From the NCBI GenBank assembly GCA_001643675.2, contig LSRY02000004.1:1054001-1118000 (forward strand): DNA of 64,000 bases. Direction: 5' to 3'. This document shows positions 48,400 to 62,800 of the stretch, piece after piece (within the stretch, counting starts at the first letter, position 1; the number at the start of each line of letters is the position of its first letter). The translations under genes and the position numbers were made by a program. The DNA is from Monocercomonoides exilis PA203. Its lineage: Eukaryota > Protista > Preaxostyla. The notes beneath the pieces were generated by a model. That model was not told where the DNA came from and ran no database searches. It saw only the letters and a list, made by a program, of their open reading frames with translations.

Positions 48400-49850
48400 A
48401 ATACGAATGCAAAAAAACTTTTCAACAGAAGAATTGTTCATCAAGTGAGACCTTTATCGGAAGTCCAAAATAAACTGGCATTCGATCGATGTTCATTTTT
48501 CCCCATTCACCTCCTTTTGTTTGTCTTGTTTGTCTTGTACATGAAAGCGGCAATGATTTGTTGTCCAATTTCACAACTTCGATCACTTTTTTGAAGCTTT
48601 CTTCAAAGATCTGGGCTGTTGAAAGCTGTTTTGTGAAAATCATTCATTATTTCACTTTCTTTAGAAGCAGAAAAATTGTTGATCGATGTAGAAACTTGTA
48701 ATATTGCATTCATTGCGACCCACAAATGATGCTCCATGTAGTTGTGTGTTGAGCCCGATTTAACCTGTTGAATTTGAAGTTACAAAAAAGAGAAAATTGA
48801 TTATCCTAATGAATGCAACGAATGTGTTGTGTTTGGAGGAAAAACTGAAAGCAAGATATTTTAATTGGCAAGTCGAGTCAATACATTATCCGACAGGTGG
48901 ATTCGGTAACCATTGAGCATCAACACTGTCTATGCGTGTTTATTTTGCAAAGTCACACTTTTAATGTTGACATGAAAAATGAAAACTTTCTCTATCCAGT
49001 TTACAAACAACTCCTTTGTGAAATATGACGTATTTTGAATTTCCACACAACCATGAATTCCGATTTGATAGCCAAAAGATTGAAGGGATCTAATGTTGAA
49101 TGGTTTTTGTACAAGAAAACAAGGAGGAACAAAAGTTCCATCAAGCGAAATGCAATGGAGCAATGAAATCCTTTTTTCTCCTCTATCCACAGGCGTGTGA
49201 TCAATTTCATTATTAACATTTGTTTCCACAATAAAAATCACATTTCTTGAATCTTCATAGGCATGATTACCTGATTCATCAGCACAGAGGATCATTGAAG
49301 GATATTTACCCCACACATATTGAGATAAATGATTTTTCCAGGTGATAATGCTTTGTTCCGATATTTTCATTCTTTTTTCGTCTCTCATGCTTGAAGGAAC
49401 GATCGTCAATTCCTCGCTATGCCTTTTTATGAATGAAGAATGAAAATTGTGAGAAGGCATTTTATAACAAACCTTCACAACAACGGTTCTTAGTGTTTTC
49501 GGTGTAATTTGTTTTCTTTTATCTCATGAATTTTTCAGTATTTTTATGACTCGTTTTTCTTGCTTTCGAGTAATCAACATGTTCTTTTTCTCATGTGTTT
49601 TTTTCCTTTTATATCCGGTTCGAATCTGGCAGACAAGGCTCGGTGTGCAGTTGAATGCCTTTGCAATTCGCAAGTTTGAAGGTATTTTCACTTTTCTAAT
49701 GTTGCATGCGTCGAAGAATGAACGAATTAATGAAACTTTTGTTTTTGAAGAGTTTCGAGACAAGAAGGATGAAATGAAATGGAGGTCTAATTTTGGAATG
49801 AATCCTGTCAAAACTGTTTCAAATGAAGATGTTTTTAAAAGTTATAAAAA
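48400..49850 (-). pseudogene. pogo/Tigger-like (Tc1-mariner, DDE_1) transposase remnant
   Basis: ILCADESG, RISLLHCISLDGTFVPP, YFTKELFVNWI, then past a break LMLNGYRIH..FPPNTTHSL. HTH-like N-terminal ORF at 49524-49811. Boundaries approximate. Confidence 0.82.
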
Positions 49851-50792
49851 AGAAAGTCATTTTCAATGAAAAGAAAGACAAATTTGTTTAACTGAAACAA
49901 CCATAATGATTAAAGAATTACAACCACCAACATTTAACAATAAACACGAATGGTGAGTGACTGATTGTTTGTTAGAAATTATTCAAAAATTCGAATCCAA
50001 AAATATTAATTTCGTTAGAAAAAAATCTTTGACTTATTTGCAAAATTTTCATACAAAATTTAAAATTTACTATTTTGCGAGAAAGAATTCACATTTTGAA
50101 TTATTTTTTGTGTCAGAAGCCAATATATTAACTGATTTAAAGTGTATCATGAAAGCATTTTTCAAAGGATATAGAAGCCTCACTTCATCATTGCGATAAA
50201 AAAATAATAAATAAAAATGAACGAAAAAATATGGTCTAGCCCTGGGTGACGTGAGGGAAAAAATCCTCCACGTCCGTCACCAGTTTTCCATTTCATTAAA
50301 AAAAAAGTTTGAAATATTTAATACTGAAAAACTTGCAATATGTGATTGTAAAAGTCTATTAAATGATTTGATTGAATTTGATTTGATGAAAATCAAGATC
50401 GAAAGCACCATAACAAAATTCAGCAAAAATCAAAAAGTGTATTTATGTGCAATTTCAAATGAGAAATGTGTACATGAAAAAGCGAAACATGAATGCAGAT
50501 ATCATCGTGACTGAGATTATTTCTTCATAATATATTGTTTCGTTTTTCCAGACTGCGCTCATTCGGTGTTGATGAAAAAAATGGATGATTTTTGCTTGTG
50601 AAAAGTTTTCCAAATTACAGGTGAATAAGTTCATTCGAAAATTAACATGTTTGTAATGTATTTGTCTTTGATCTCTTGAAAATCACATATTTTTTCGAAT
50701 TGATGTCTGGACTGGAAGATTGAAATGAGGAATTGTGAAAATGGAAAGAAAAAGAATTGAATGTGTTGTTTTGTGGAATGAGATTTATATAT

Positions 50793-51033
50793 GTCTAAAT
50801 TTTTTTGAAAAGTCCCTTTTGTTTAATTTTCAAGTCAAAATGAAAAATGAATATTTTCTTCAAATTTTTATACCAACTCACAGATATTTGTTAGAATGTG
50901 AATAATAACATTGTCAAGCATTAATATACATGCCGGTGAATTTTAGTGAGTTGAAATGATAATTTGATCGAAATATGAAATTTATATTTTATTTGTAAAT
51001 TAAACAAAAGGAACTTTTCAAATAAATTTAGAC
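50793..51033. mobile_element. MITE (241 bp), TSD ATAT, nested in the hAT element
   Basis: TIR GTCTAAATTT.TTTGAAAAGT.CCTTTTGTTTAATTT. ATAT at 50789-50792 and 51034-51037. Confidence 0.88.
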
Positions 51034-51109
51034 ATATACTCGTTTTATTATTAACGAAGCAATATTTTTCAAATCATCATTTCACCCAATTGATCATTTC
51101 AAATCAGCG

Positions 51110-52030
51110 AGACTCATTTGATAAGAGCTGCTTTGAACAAGGAAGATGGAAAAGAGTTTCAAAAGTAAGTGGAAAAGGCTATGTTGGATCTCAGTGACGC
51201 GAGACATTCTGTATGTTAATGTTGAACATGGTTTTGACTTTTCGAAGTTTTTATTTATTTTTATTCTTTTTTATCTTTTTCAAGTGAAATAGGAATCTTT
51301 TTCCACAAAATCAAAGAAATTGTCTTATAACATCAGACGTTTCGAAATCTGAAGCGACTTGTATTTTTGTTTATTTGGCTGTTTTCGATCTTAAGATTGG
51401 ACAAGGCAAAGGCTTGAATGAAGCGATTGTTAATGAATTATACTATGTGAAAGAGGCAACAAGATTACTGGAAAAGCTGAAAATTAGCTTGGATTGGATG
51501 AAAAAAGAAAATGAAGAGGAATAGAAACGAAAGAAGTGCTTTTATTGGTGAGACTGCTGTAAGCTAAGGATAATTATATGCACAAAAGCAAATTGAAGAA
51601 AGAGAAATTTGCTGAACTTATTGGAGGCATTGTTCAGGTGTATCGGGCAGCGAAGGATGATCACAGAGAAATTGTCAAACATAGCATAATGACTTTTTGT
51701 TGTGACACAATAAACAGAACAGTGAAAGTTGATTTCTGAATGAAATGAGGAGCAATTGATCTCACTTCGGACGAAATTCAGAGTCTTATGTTGAACAACA
51801 TGATAGCATTTGAGGTCTTTATCTTTTTTGAAATATTTCAAGAAGATTGAAGAAAAGATAGAGAATGAAATTGATGATGCGGAAAGAAAAGAAATGAAAA
51901 GAAAAAAGTTTGAAATGTTGGAAGAAAAAGGATATGAAGATATCAACACATGTTTTCAAGTAATTTTTCCATTTATTAACGATGAGTATAAACGTGAGTT
52001 ATTGTTAAATGTTAAAGATTTTTTGTGATG
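51110..52030 (+). pseudogene. Decayed host multigene-family fragment inside the hAT element
   Basis: Broken coding-like segment (KEIVL*HQTFRNL; ERKEMKRKKFEMLEEKGYEDI). Confidence 0.5.
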
Positions 52031-53427
52031 GTTGACGGAAATAAAATTCCTTGAATATATTTTTTTGCATTGCTATTTTTCTTTTTAATTCATCTCTCCA
52101 AATTAAAAAAGTATTATTTGCGGAATAACAATCATTTTTTTCTCGTTTCAAAAAATTGAAAAAGAAAAACGAAAAAAACAATTTTCTTTATTTTTATTCC
52201 TTTTTTTATCCTCTCCAAATATCTTTCTCACAGACTTTCTGTTTAAGTCTCCTTTTGAAAGATTATCTCAGAATAATTTGTTTATTCATTCATAAAGTCA
52301 ATTCAGTCTTTCATATTAACATATGATAACTTTATTCACTATAAAAGCATCTCTACGTTTTTCTTAATTGTTTTGTAATTATTGAGCTTCTTTTTTGAAT
52401 ATCTAATAATCTTTGAATAATCACAATATATCTTGTGGATGAAATTGCAATAGTTTACTGGTCTGAGAAGATAAAACTTCAACAAAATGACAAAAAAGCT
52501 CCATCATATCATACGCTGGAGAAATGAAGAAGAAAATAAGATTATTTGCCAAGAAAAAAAAGATAATATTTCAACTGTTGAAGATAAAATCAAATAAATC
52601 AGATAAAACAAATCACACCAAAACATGAGTTTTTACACTTTTGTAATTCGTTGAAGCTTTTATCTCGCTCGCTTTATCAAAATGATGTTGTTTGTCATAT
52701 TCACTAAATTTGACGAATCATTTTCAATTGTGCAAATTTAGTCAGTCTGTTCAACTGAATTGTTTTGTTTTGTTTGCGAACTTATAAATGAATACTGTTG
52801 TTTTTCATTCAAATCATATTAAGTTCTTGGAATTATCATTATTGAAAAAAGGCAAAATCAACGATTAACTTGTTTATTCAACAAGAAATCTGGAAATTTC
52901 AATTAATAAACTTGAGAGATAATATTTTCCATCCCAGATAATAATAAACTTCAATTCCTGAAATAAATAAGTCGAATAATAAAAATCAAAAATATACAAA
53001 CTTGGAAAACATTGTGAAGCACGAAACATATTTATTCAGAAAAAAGATAATTCTCATTGTCCGACAACAATTTCAGTCTTTAAAAAATTGCTTCAAAACG
53101 AAAAAACAGAAATAATCGATTACAATTGTATTACTATGGGTGAAAGTTATTCATAATAGAAACACACTAGATTTCTACTTCATTTGTTTAGTTTTTAAGC
53201 AAAGACTTCTTCTTAAAGTTTTCTTCATCTGACTTTAAATGACGTCAGTGACTTGTGACTTCGGTGATGAGTCAAAATTCCGATTTCCGCTCACACGTCA
53301 GTGAAAATTGTGTTATGGATTTTCTGATTTGGAAGAATTTGAAAATTTATTTCTCAAAAGATGACTGAAAAAACAGCATTTTAAATAAAAAAATATAAAT
53401 TATTATCAGGATATAAATGAGAAATCT

Positions 53428-53428
<1 letters not shown>

Positions 53429-53475
<47 letters not shown>
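53429..53475. repeat. poly(T) tract
   Basis: About 47 T in the subterminal region of the hAT element. Confidence 0.9.
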
Positions 53476-53476
<1 letters not shown>

Positions 53477-56400
53477 TGACGTGGAAAAATCCGTCACGTC
53501 CTTCAAAAATCGAAAAGGTCACGTCAGATGTCATCACGTCACCCAGGGCTAATATGGTCCTAACAGTGAACTTGAAGAGATGGAAGTTTTTTTTAAAGAT
53601 CAGATCAGCACCATTTTAATATTTTTGAAATTGATTGTTAGAAATGTTTCTTTCTTCACAGAGGAGTTAAGAGGCAAAAAGGCGCAACATCTTAGAGTCA
53701 ATCAAATATGAGAAAATTTGGGAAAAGAGCTAATGTGCTGCAATTGATGTAAAAAAGAATGGAGCATTTGTTAATGAATTGCTTTTTTTCAATGTAGATA
53801 ATTGCAAATGGTTCCGGCAAAACGATAAGAAAAGACAATCAAATTATAGAGGAAAGAGAAGTGGGCTGCAGAGACGTTGAAACTTGGAAGAAATCAAAGA
53901 AACGGGACAAAGAGTTCGACAAACTATTTTCAGTGGCATTTGACGGGGCGAGTAACGAGATTGAAACGGCGAAGCAGTGCAGTCATCTAACACAGCATAT
54001 GGAGTTCATGAGGAAAATGATGAGAATTTTATTATCATTTTTTTGAAGATTACCGAAAGATTTTGGCCAAAAGAAAAAGTTAATGTGGGGCTTGCAGAGA
54101 ACAGGAAAGGGCGACAGAAGCGGATTTGAAAAGAATCATGAGCATGTGAATGGAGGAAAAGAGAAAAATCTCCAAAGCGTTTTTTTAAATTGGCAAGGCA
54201 GATGAAGAAGACGAACCATAATTGACTGCGAAACAGTTCAGCACGCTGAGCGTCATTCGTTTTTCTTCAAGCTCAGATGAAAATCCCCACCAAATGAACA
54301 ACTTACACTATCAGAGAAAATTGTTTCTCCTGGGTTTATTGGGCAGAGGAATAAAGAAAGATAAGGTTAGAGCACAACCCCGATGAAACTCAAAAGTTAT
54401 CCGCTGAGCAGATTGACAGATTTCTGATGAGAAACTCAAATACATGCACGATTGTCAGTGCGAACCTTTAATATCCACATTTGCGATACTGCTACCAACG
54501 CAATCGTATGATCCGTCGAATCAGATGAAACAGCCACACAGTGAAATCACTTCTCCATTTGCAAAAAATCTGAGGAAATCCTCTTCAGTAGCATCGTAAC
54601 CAACGCACAAATCATTATTATATTCGAAGCAAAATACGGAAATGAAGTTGGAGACTGCTTTATCTTCTGGTGAAGCATCTTTGGAAGCTTGTTTCAGCAG
54701 AATATATATGCTGCCTTATGACTCTTCATATTCTTCGTTTCTTTCAGAGCAAATTGTGCTCAAAAGAGAAGTGCTTCAAGTCCGATTACAGTCTTCTTGG
54801 TGGATATTGTGATGATTGGAGGATACGGAGAGAGCTAGATGGAGGATTTTATGGAAGGAAACGAAGAAGGCCCAGAAGCAGGTTATAATTCATGCATTAA
54901 TTTGAAGTGAGAATCAGAGATTTAAGAGTGGAGCATTGATGATGCTGCTGAGAATAGAAGAAAGAAAATAAAAGTGTAAAACAGACTTTGAAGAATAAGA
55001 AAAAGAAGGAGGAGGAGGAAAAAGAAAAGAGACAAGAATTGAAGAGGCTGAAAGGAGCGAGAGGGAGAGATAGAAAACGAAAATAGAAAAGAAAATTAGC
55101 ATTGGAAGAGATGAGATATTTGAGATTGGGGATACATCAGAAGAAGAGGACAAATGTCTGTTTGAAGCAGAAAAGATGAAAAGGAGGGGAAGTGTGACAA
55201 ACGGAAAAGAGGAAGAAGAGCACATATAATCGAGAAGTTATATTGTGGAGGCTGAAAAAGAAGTTGATAATATTATTTTGAAGGAAAGAAATGAGAGAGG
55301 GAGAATAACGAAGAATATTTTGAGGCAGGAAAAAGCAAGGGAAAAAGGAAAAAGAATTTGCACAGAAATGAATAAAAGAGTTTGATATTTGATGATGAGG
55401 ATAACAACGATAACGAAGAAAAGAAGCTGGCGTTGGAAAAAGGATAAGAGAAAAGAAGATTTTGTTAGAAAGTTGCTCGCTTCAATTGAGTGGAGAAAAG
55501 ATAATGGGAAATGAAGGAAGGAGGAAACACAGTGAAGGATCAAATAATGAATGTGAAGGGGAAGAAGGAAAAAGCTTTGATATTGCGGTGAACAGCGTGA
55601 AGGATGCAGATCTGAGCAAGGTTGGACTAGGAAAGCAGGTGAATATGGCTTTTGAAGGAAGCGAAAATCAAGTGAAACGGATGATGAATAAAGAAGAACT
55701 GAGAAGTTTTTGCTATTTAAGTTATTCGATACTGAAATGCAAGCATTTGGAATCAGAAAAAGAAAAGGATCTTTTTCGATTTCGAGCTTATTCCAAAATG
55801 AAAATAAATTGACCAATCCAATTACAACATGAGATTATTGGGATGTGTGAATGAAGGGGAAAATTACGGTGTGGGGGACTTATTAACGAAAAAAATAAAC
55901 AGGAAAAGAGCATCAAGGAATAACTGTGTTCGCTTTCTGGAAGGTTTTGAACACTAAAGAGCAGCTGAAGGATTCGAACGAAAGGCAAAGCTTTGCAACA
56001 AAATCAAAATCTGAAACGCAAAATATTCATTTGGAATTATTGATTTGTCTTTTGTTTATCAATGGCTTGACAGATTGAAGTTGAACTTGACTTTCTGATT
56101 TTAATAATTTCTTTTTTTAGCAAAAGAAGTTCTTCGCAATTGAACCGAAGATCGAAAGGTTTGCACGAAGGAAAAGAAGATAGTCTTGTGCAATAATTTT
56201 TGCAAAAAAAAAGCTCTCGCGCTGTTGAAAAATGAAACTGCAACAGTTGCACAAAGTTTATTCAACTTCAACATTCATTTTCAAACATTTTTGTGCTTCG
56301 CTTTTCAATCTTTAACGTGCGCTCTTCGTTTGATGCTTTAAGCGATTGTTGTTTGTTCATTGTGCATTCGCCTAAATCATACAAACAAGCAGTTTGAAAA

Positions 56401-56898
56401 ACAGAAACAGAAAAGATAACTCTTGGAAGCACTCTTTTCAGAAGCTTATTTTTTATTGGTCAGAAAACCATTCATCATCTTCAGAAAATATAAAATAATA
56501 AAGAAAATAAAGAAAACGAAAAGAATTGCATCACACAATCAAATACCCACACCCAATCAAGACCAAAACCTGGCAATAAACTCAAAGAGGAAAAAATGGA
56601 ACAAGAAAGATTCAGAAAGTGATTGGAAATGAATTGCCGCAAACTGAAAAAATGTTTTTTTGATTTCGTTCAAACAGTATTTGCATGGCTTTTGCAAAGT
56701 TCAGCTTGAACTCAGCTCGATATTTCCGAAAGAGCAATAGACTGAATATCCGAGACTTCCACAAGCATCAAAATAAAACCGTTTTCAGATGAGCCGTCTT
56801 CGTATCAGAAAAGATCTCATTTCATCATTTGAGTCTCTTTCATTGACAAATATTATTTATGCTTTTTGAAGAAGATGCAGTTGAAGCCATTTGTACAC

Positions 56899-59800
56899 CT
56901 ACAATGATATGAGCGAGCTGCATGAATCAGGGATCTGTGAGTTGCACTCAGATGGCATCTGATAATCAACTGCATCAGCGATGGTCATAACCATCACCCC
57001 TTCTGGAAAGTGCTGGAAGAACTCCTTCTTCAAATCATTAAGTGTCGGCCGATCATTTGGCTGTTGGCACAATATGCATTTAACAGTGTCACTCAAAGAC
57101 GAGCTTTCAACAACCTCTGGTTTTGGTTTTTCTCCATTCATAATCTTCTGCCCCGCCACCTCAGCCTCATACTCTCCAAATGGGATCTTCAGCGTCAAGC
57201 ACTCCCACAGCATCATCCCGATCGAAAAGGCAACAGATTCCTTTGTTGCCCCCATCTTCTTGTTGATCAACAGCTCTGGCGCCTTCCACCTCAGGCACTC
57301 TTTTTTGAAATTATCATCTTCATCTTCAAAGGCTGATGAGGGCAGAGAGTCACTTTCATCATCATCATCGCTTGCAGATGTCACAACAGTTGATGAAGAG
57401 ATGGATGATGAGTCCGAATCATCAGAAGAGAAGTCAGAGTGCATCGCAATGCAGATGACCATATGTTCCGAGAACAACACAATGTGAGGACTCAGATTGG
57501 CAAGTGAAGAGAGTGGATTGTCCATTTCATCAAACGAGTGGAGCGCAAGATTGGCCACCCAGAACAGGATTTGGACAGCTGTATATTCTCTCTCCTGAAA
57601 GGTGCTAATTGCCATCTCTTTCTTCTCATTCCTTCCATGAAGCAACATGAACAGTGAATCTCTCAAATCCACAATCAGCTTCTCGTGAGGGGATGAGCAG
57701 GCCATTGCATCTACCAGATTCGACATGGATGAAGTTGTGGGGCACAGACTCTCCGATCGAACAAATGTGGATTCTGTGTCTGAAGTGTCTGTGGTTGAAG
57801 TGGATGAGATGGATGGTGAAGGTATTCTTTTCCTTATCTCTTCTTCTTCTTCCTTCTCATCGAACTTCTCCAATACCCATTCTGGAATCTTGTCTGAGTC
57901 TTTTCCAAGAATGTATTCAGTCGAACCACTCTCACTCAGCAAATGCTCCGATGACTCGGAATGCCCCAAGCTTTTCTCGTACGCCCTCTTCTTTATCCTC
58001 TCTTCATTCTTCTTCTCTGCCTCTCTCTCTGCTCTCCTCCACTGCTCCTCTGGCGACATCTCCATCGTCACCATCTCAAATGCTTTTGGGTCCTTCTTCA
58101 CTGTGTCTTCCACAATCACCTCCAGCTCTTCTGTTCGTCTCTTTTGTTTTCTCCATCTGACTGCCAATATCACAGAAACAATGATTACAAACAATAAAAC
58201 AACAACTAAAACAACAACAGCAATCGGCCAAAATGATTTTCCTTCTTTTCCTCCCTCAACAATTCTTCCATCTCCTTTTATTTCAGATTCGCTTCTGTTC
58301 TTCAGAACAAACGATTCGGTTGATGAAGGAGAGTCTATTCTTCCAAACAGAATGCACACAGACACTTCTGCCTCTTCTGGAGCCGAGCGGATGGCGCCTG
58401 ATGGCAGCACCCCCACAGCCTCGCCCTCACCTGCAAATCCGTCTGCCTCGAACTGGTGAGCTGCCATCGACGAGGCTGACCCAACAGTGGTTGCCATCTG
58501 GAACCACAGGTTGCACGGCAAGAGAAGCGATCCGTGGAACTTCAATGCTGTCTCGCCTCCATCGTCTTCAGCCTCCACACCATCCAGTCGCGGAATAAAG
58601 AAAACAGATTCTCTTTCTTCAGCCATCCCTCCCACAGTGCACCCTTCATTCAGAATCCACATCGAGGTGTTGGGCAGCACCCCATCTCCGCCTTTCAAAC
58701 TCAACACATCCAGCGATCCTGCATCTCCACACACAATGTTTCTTCTTGCTGATGGGTATCCTTCGATTGATGGATTATTGTTCGCAAACTCTCCTTTCTC
58801 GATGGTTGTGCTCCCTCCACACACAGACAGGCCTCCTTCAGGCGAGTTGGCAAAGGAGGTGTCTTTCATCGCTGCTGTGCTGCTCGCAATCTCCACAAGA
58901 GATCCATTCCATCTGCATATTTCATCTCTCTCAAATACTTCTTTCTCTTTCATTAGTTCGTTTTCCTCAAGAGCACCCACAAACATGCATGAGTCCAAGC
59001 TCAAGCTTGTGCACTTACAAAAAGATGCTTCAACACCTTGAGTGCTTTTTGACTCACATACCACAAACGAACAGTTTTGCAATGCAATCTTCCCTTCTCC
59101 ATCTTCGCATTCCACTCCACATGCTCCTTCACTTGTTCTGCTGATATTACTGAACTTCGATAACATCACATCCACTCTTTTCTCATCACCTCTCAGCTGC
59201 TTTCTTCCTTTCTCATTTGGTGACCTCCCATAATTCACATTTCCTCCTTCTCTCAACACATTAACAACAGGCCCATCTTCAATCCTTACATCCACCACAT
59301 CAAGTTCCTTAACATTCATCTCTCCATTCCTCAAGAAAATCAACCCATTCATACTCTCACCTTGCTCCACCACAACTTCTGATAACTTCACCTCACACTC
59401 AACACATTCAACAAGTGAAGCGCACACAAACTGTGAAACAATCAATCCAGTTATTGTGACTGATGATCTTTCTCCATGCATCAGCGTTGGCATTCGGCAC
59501 TCATTGTATCCTTCAGCTGGCTTCACCCAACATTCACTCATTGATAGTGTCCCCTCCTCCACACAAAATATCTGCTCGTGTTCTGTTGGAATGACTTCTG
59601 GAATCTCAAAGCTGATTCTCTCCACACTCACATTCACCTTGCACTCCACAACACAACCTTTCTCTTTCCTCGCCAATCTGCTCATCCCGACTGTTGCCCT
59701 GCTTCCCTTTGCCAGCAGTGTGAGATTCTCCAGCTTGATCTCAGTTTCCACTTCACTTGCCTCATCCACCACAACTCGCGTTCCATACTCGTGCACAATG

Positions 59801-62800
59801 TGTTTCAGCCCATATCCCAGCGTTTCACAGCACTTGTCTTCTTTCCCACACTGTCTGTTGTTCTCCCCGCCTTTTGCTCCTCCAGAGCTCACAAAGATCG
59901 TTGACGACTGATATATCGTGATGAATGGCATCAAGTCTGTGTCTTCCCTGTGATCTGTTGTGTCTGATCCTGATATCATGTGCGCCTGCCCAGAAATGCC
60001 TCTCAAATCCATCACAAATTGTGTTTCGTTGATCTGTGAAGAGATGTTGCGGCAAGCAACAAAAATGTGCCTCCCAATATATGCTGTGTTCCCTTCGAAC
60101 TTATCTCCCTCAAACACAAAGTCCAACGCCCCATCAACCTCTGCCCCAACATACACACCTCCTCCACGCCCACTGATCCCAGAGCATCCACACTGCACCA
60201 CGCTGCATTCACTCACACAGAGCCAGCCCCCAGCGCTCATCTGCCAGCACATCCCTCCTCCTTTTGTGCTTCTTCCACATTTGCACCCCTCCACTTTCGT
60301 TCCATTCACCTCTGCCCCAACACTCACCTCTCCCTCGCTCTTCACCACAACCGCATCACTCCCTTCTCCATCCACCCATCCAATGCTCGAGTTCACAATC
60401 CCAATCCCTGCCTCTCGATCTACAATATTCACTTTTCTTTCATCTGCTTCCATCCCAGCACTCACAGATATTAATGCCCCACTTTTCACTTTGCATCCTT
60501 CCACTTTCAGTTCTTCTACAACACATCTGCACCCACTCTCAACAACAAATATCCCATTGCATACACTTTCTCTTTCCATCTCAATGCCCTTTCCCTTCAG
60601 CTCTCCTTTTATCAGGTGGACAAAAACAATCTCTCCAACAAATTCATTTTCTTCAATTCTCAATGCGCATCTTGTGAGTGACAGAACACCTTCATTGTTT
60701 GCTATTATTGTTGCTCTCAAACACTCTTCAGCCTTCACAACATCAAATCGGATCACTTCAAATTCTGCATTCTTGCTGTTCACCAGTCCCACGCCTTCCA
60801 TCCTCTGTTTCACTTCAACAACAATTGTTGCTTTCGCATCCTCCTCAATCAATGTTTCTCCATGTGCCTCTATCTTTATTCCAGACACATCAAGCTTGTC
60901 GTCCATCATCGTTTTCTTTTTGATCTTGATCATTCTCTCTTCTTCACAGTCCTCAATATGCATCAGCCCTTGCCACAAGCTCATGCACGGATCTTCAATG
61001 CTCCCACATCTCATCACATCATATCCATCTTCTGCAACATGCACGATTCTGTCCTTGAACATAATAACAAAGCGCAATAAATCAGTGCGTGCGAAAACAC
61101 TGTCATTCCCCACAAATCCATTTCTGTCGTCACTCCAATTCCCAACATCAAACAAGAACGAATTCACACTCACACAGCCGTTCAGCTTCGATGCAAATAT
61201 GAACATGTTTCTTCCAACAGTTGCTTTGTTCCCTTGCATCTCGCATCCCTCGCCAAATATGAACGGCTTCTCTGCCTCGTTTCCCTGGCAGTCCATCCAC
61301 AAAAACCCTCCTTTCCCTCCTTCTCCATCGCATCTACATGATTTCATTTTTGTGTTGTTCATCTTCATCTCTTTACCATTCTCAATCACCACCCTCATCA
61401 CCCCTCCTTCTCCTGAAACTGTTCTTCCGCATTCTGAAAATTTGCACCCATCAACCACAATGCTTCCCTGAATAGAAAACCCTGTCTCTGCCATTTCAAT
61501 CATTGACATCTCACATTCTCTCAGCCTCGCAATTCCACCCTCTACAACCATTATTGCATATTTCCTCTCCCCAGTTCCATCTCCCACAAATGTGCATTTC
61601 TCAATCTCGACTTCAGCATTTTCTTCACCTTCTGCTGTTGATCTCGATAGAATCACAGCATTTATATCATGCACAAACTCGATTGGCAGCCCTATCTCCA
61701 TCCCTCTCATCAGCATGCTTGCTGTGTTTCCAAGAACAGAACTGCCTTCTTCTCGCTCAATCATCGATTTCACTGTCAGTCTCGCACTTTCCGCTCCTTC
61801 ATTCTTCACAATTTCATATGTGCTCATATCGTACATGTCTTCTATCTCAGCAATTCCACTCACCTTCAGCGTCTTCTTCCCTTCCCATTGCTCTGCATTC
61901 TTGTATCCTCTCAAAAGTGTCTTGCACGGATGCTCTCCACTTCCACATCCAATAACATCAATACCAGTCCTGCTCACATCCACCACGCCTCCAATATATT
62001 CCTTCAGAAACAGATCCAATGAAACAGCTCTTTCTTTGAAATATCCTTTGTCAATCCCTTCCATTCCGATACTCTCCCCTTCTCTCCCTCTGATATCCAC
62101 AAATTTCTCCTTCACAACTCCCACAACCAGATCGTCACACTCCACAAAAACATCCTTCCCTTCTGCTGCACTGTTCCCTCCAAACTCAATATCATTCAGC
62201 GCATAGTCGATCTTCGATCCTGCACATCCATAAAGAAATATCCCTCCTCCTCTTTCTTGTGCAGAACATCCATTCACTTTCCATCCATCCAATTTAAACA
62301 CTGATGCAACACTAAGCTCCGACCTTATCCCACCTCCACCACTCTGTTCTTCACCCACAGAACATCCACTCATTGTGCAATTCCTCCCTTCCATTGTTAT
62401 CCCATTTCCTCCTCCAAACGCAAAGCATCCCCCATCCCCTGTCCTTCGTTTCATCCCAACAACACTCACATTCTCCATCTCCACGTTCCAGCTTCCGCTC
62501 CATGTCCCAAATCCACTTTCGCATCCTTCCTTTCCCTCGAACTCACAATTGTGAATATGACTCTTTCCACTTGACGATACAACCACAATTCCATCAACTC
62601 CTGTTGATCCAACGCCCTTGCATATAATTCCGTCCATCTCCAACTCTCCTTCTCCTTTTACCGACAGCATCCTATTTCTACCAAAGATCACATGCTTTCC
62701 CTCCACTATTTCGCAATTCCTCATCACCAGTTTTCCTCCAGTCACTCGAACATATTCATAATCCACAGCAGTCACACTTTTCATCATCCTCATTTTGTTA

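Larger units (their letters stand above)
50237..53551. mobile_element. Non-autonomous hAT-type element (3.3 kb), second TIR family
   Basis: 18-bp perfect TIR TAGCCCTGGGTGACGTGA. Perfect 8-bp TSD ATATGGTC at 50229-50236 and 53552-53559. Subterminal CACGTC/GTCAC motifs. Confidence 0.93.

Noticed and set aside
53600-56800. Purine-rich, coding-like stretch with short ORFs
   Set aside because: Probably decayed surface-protein sequence, but no continuous frame or recognisable motif supports a call.
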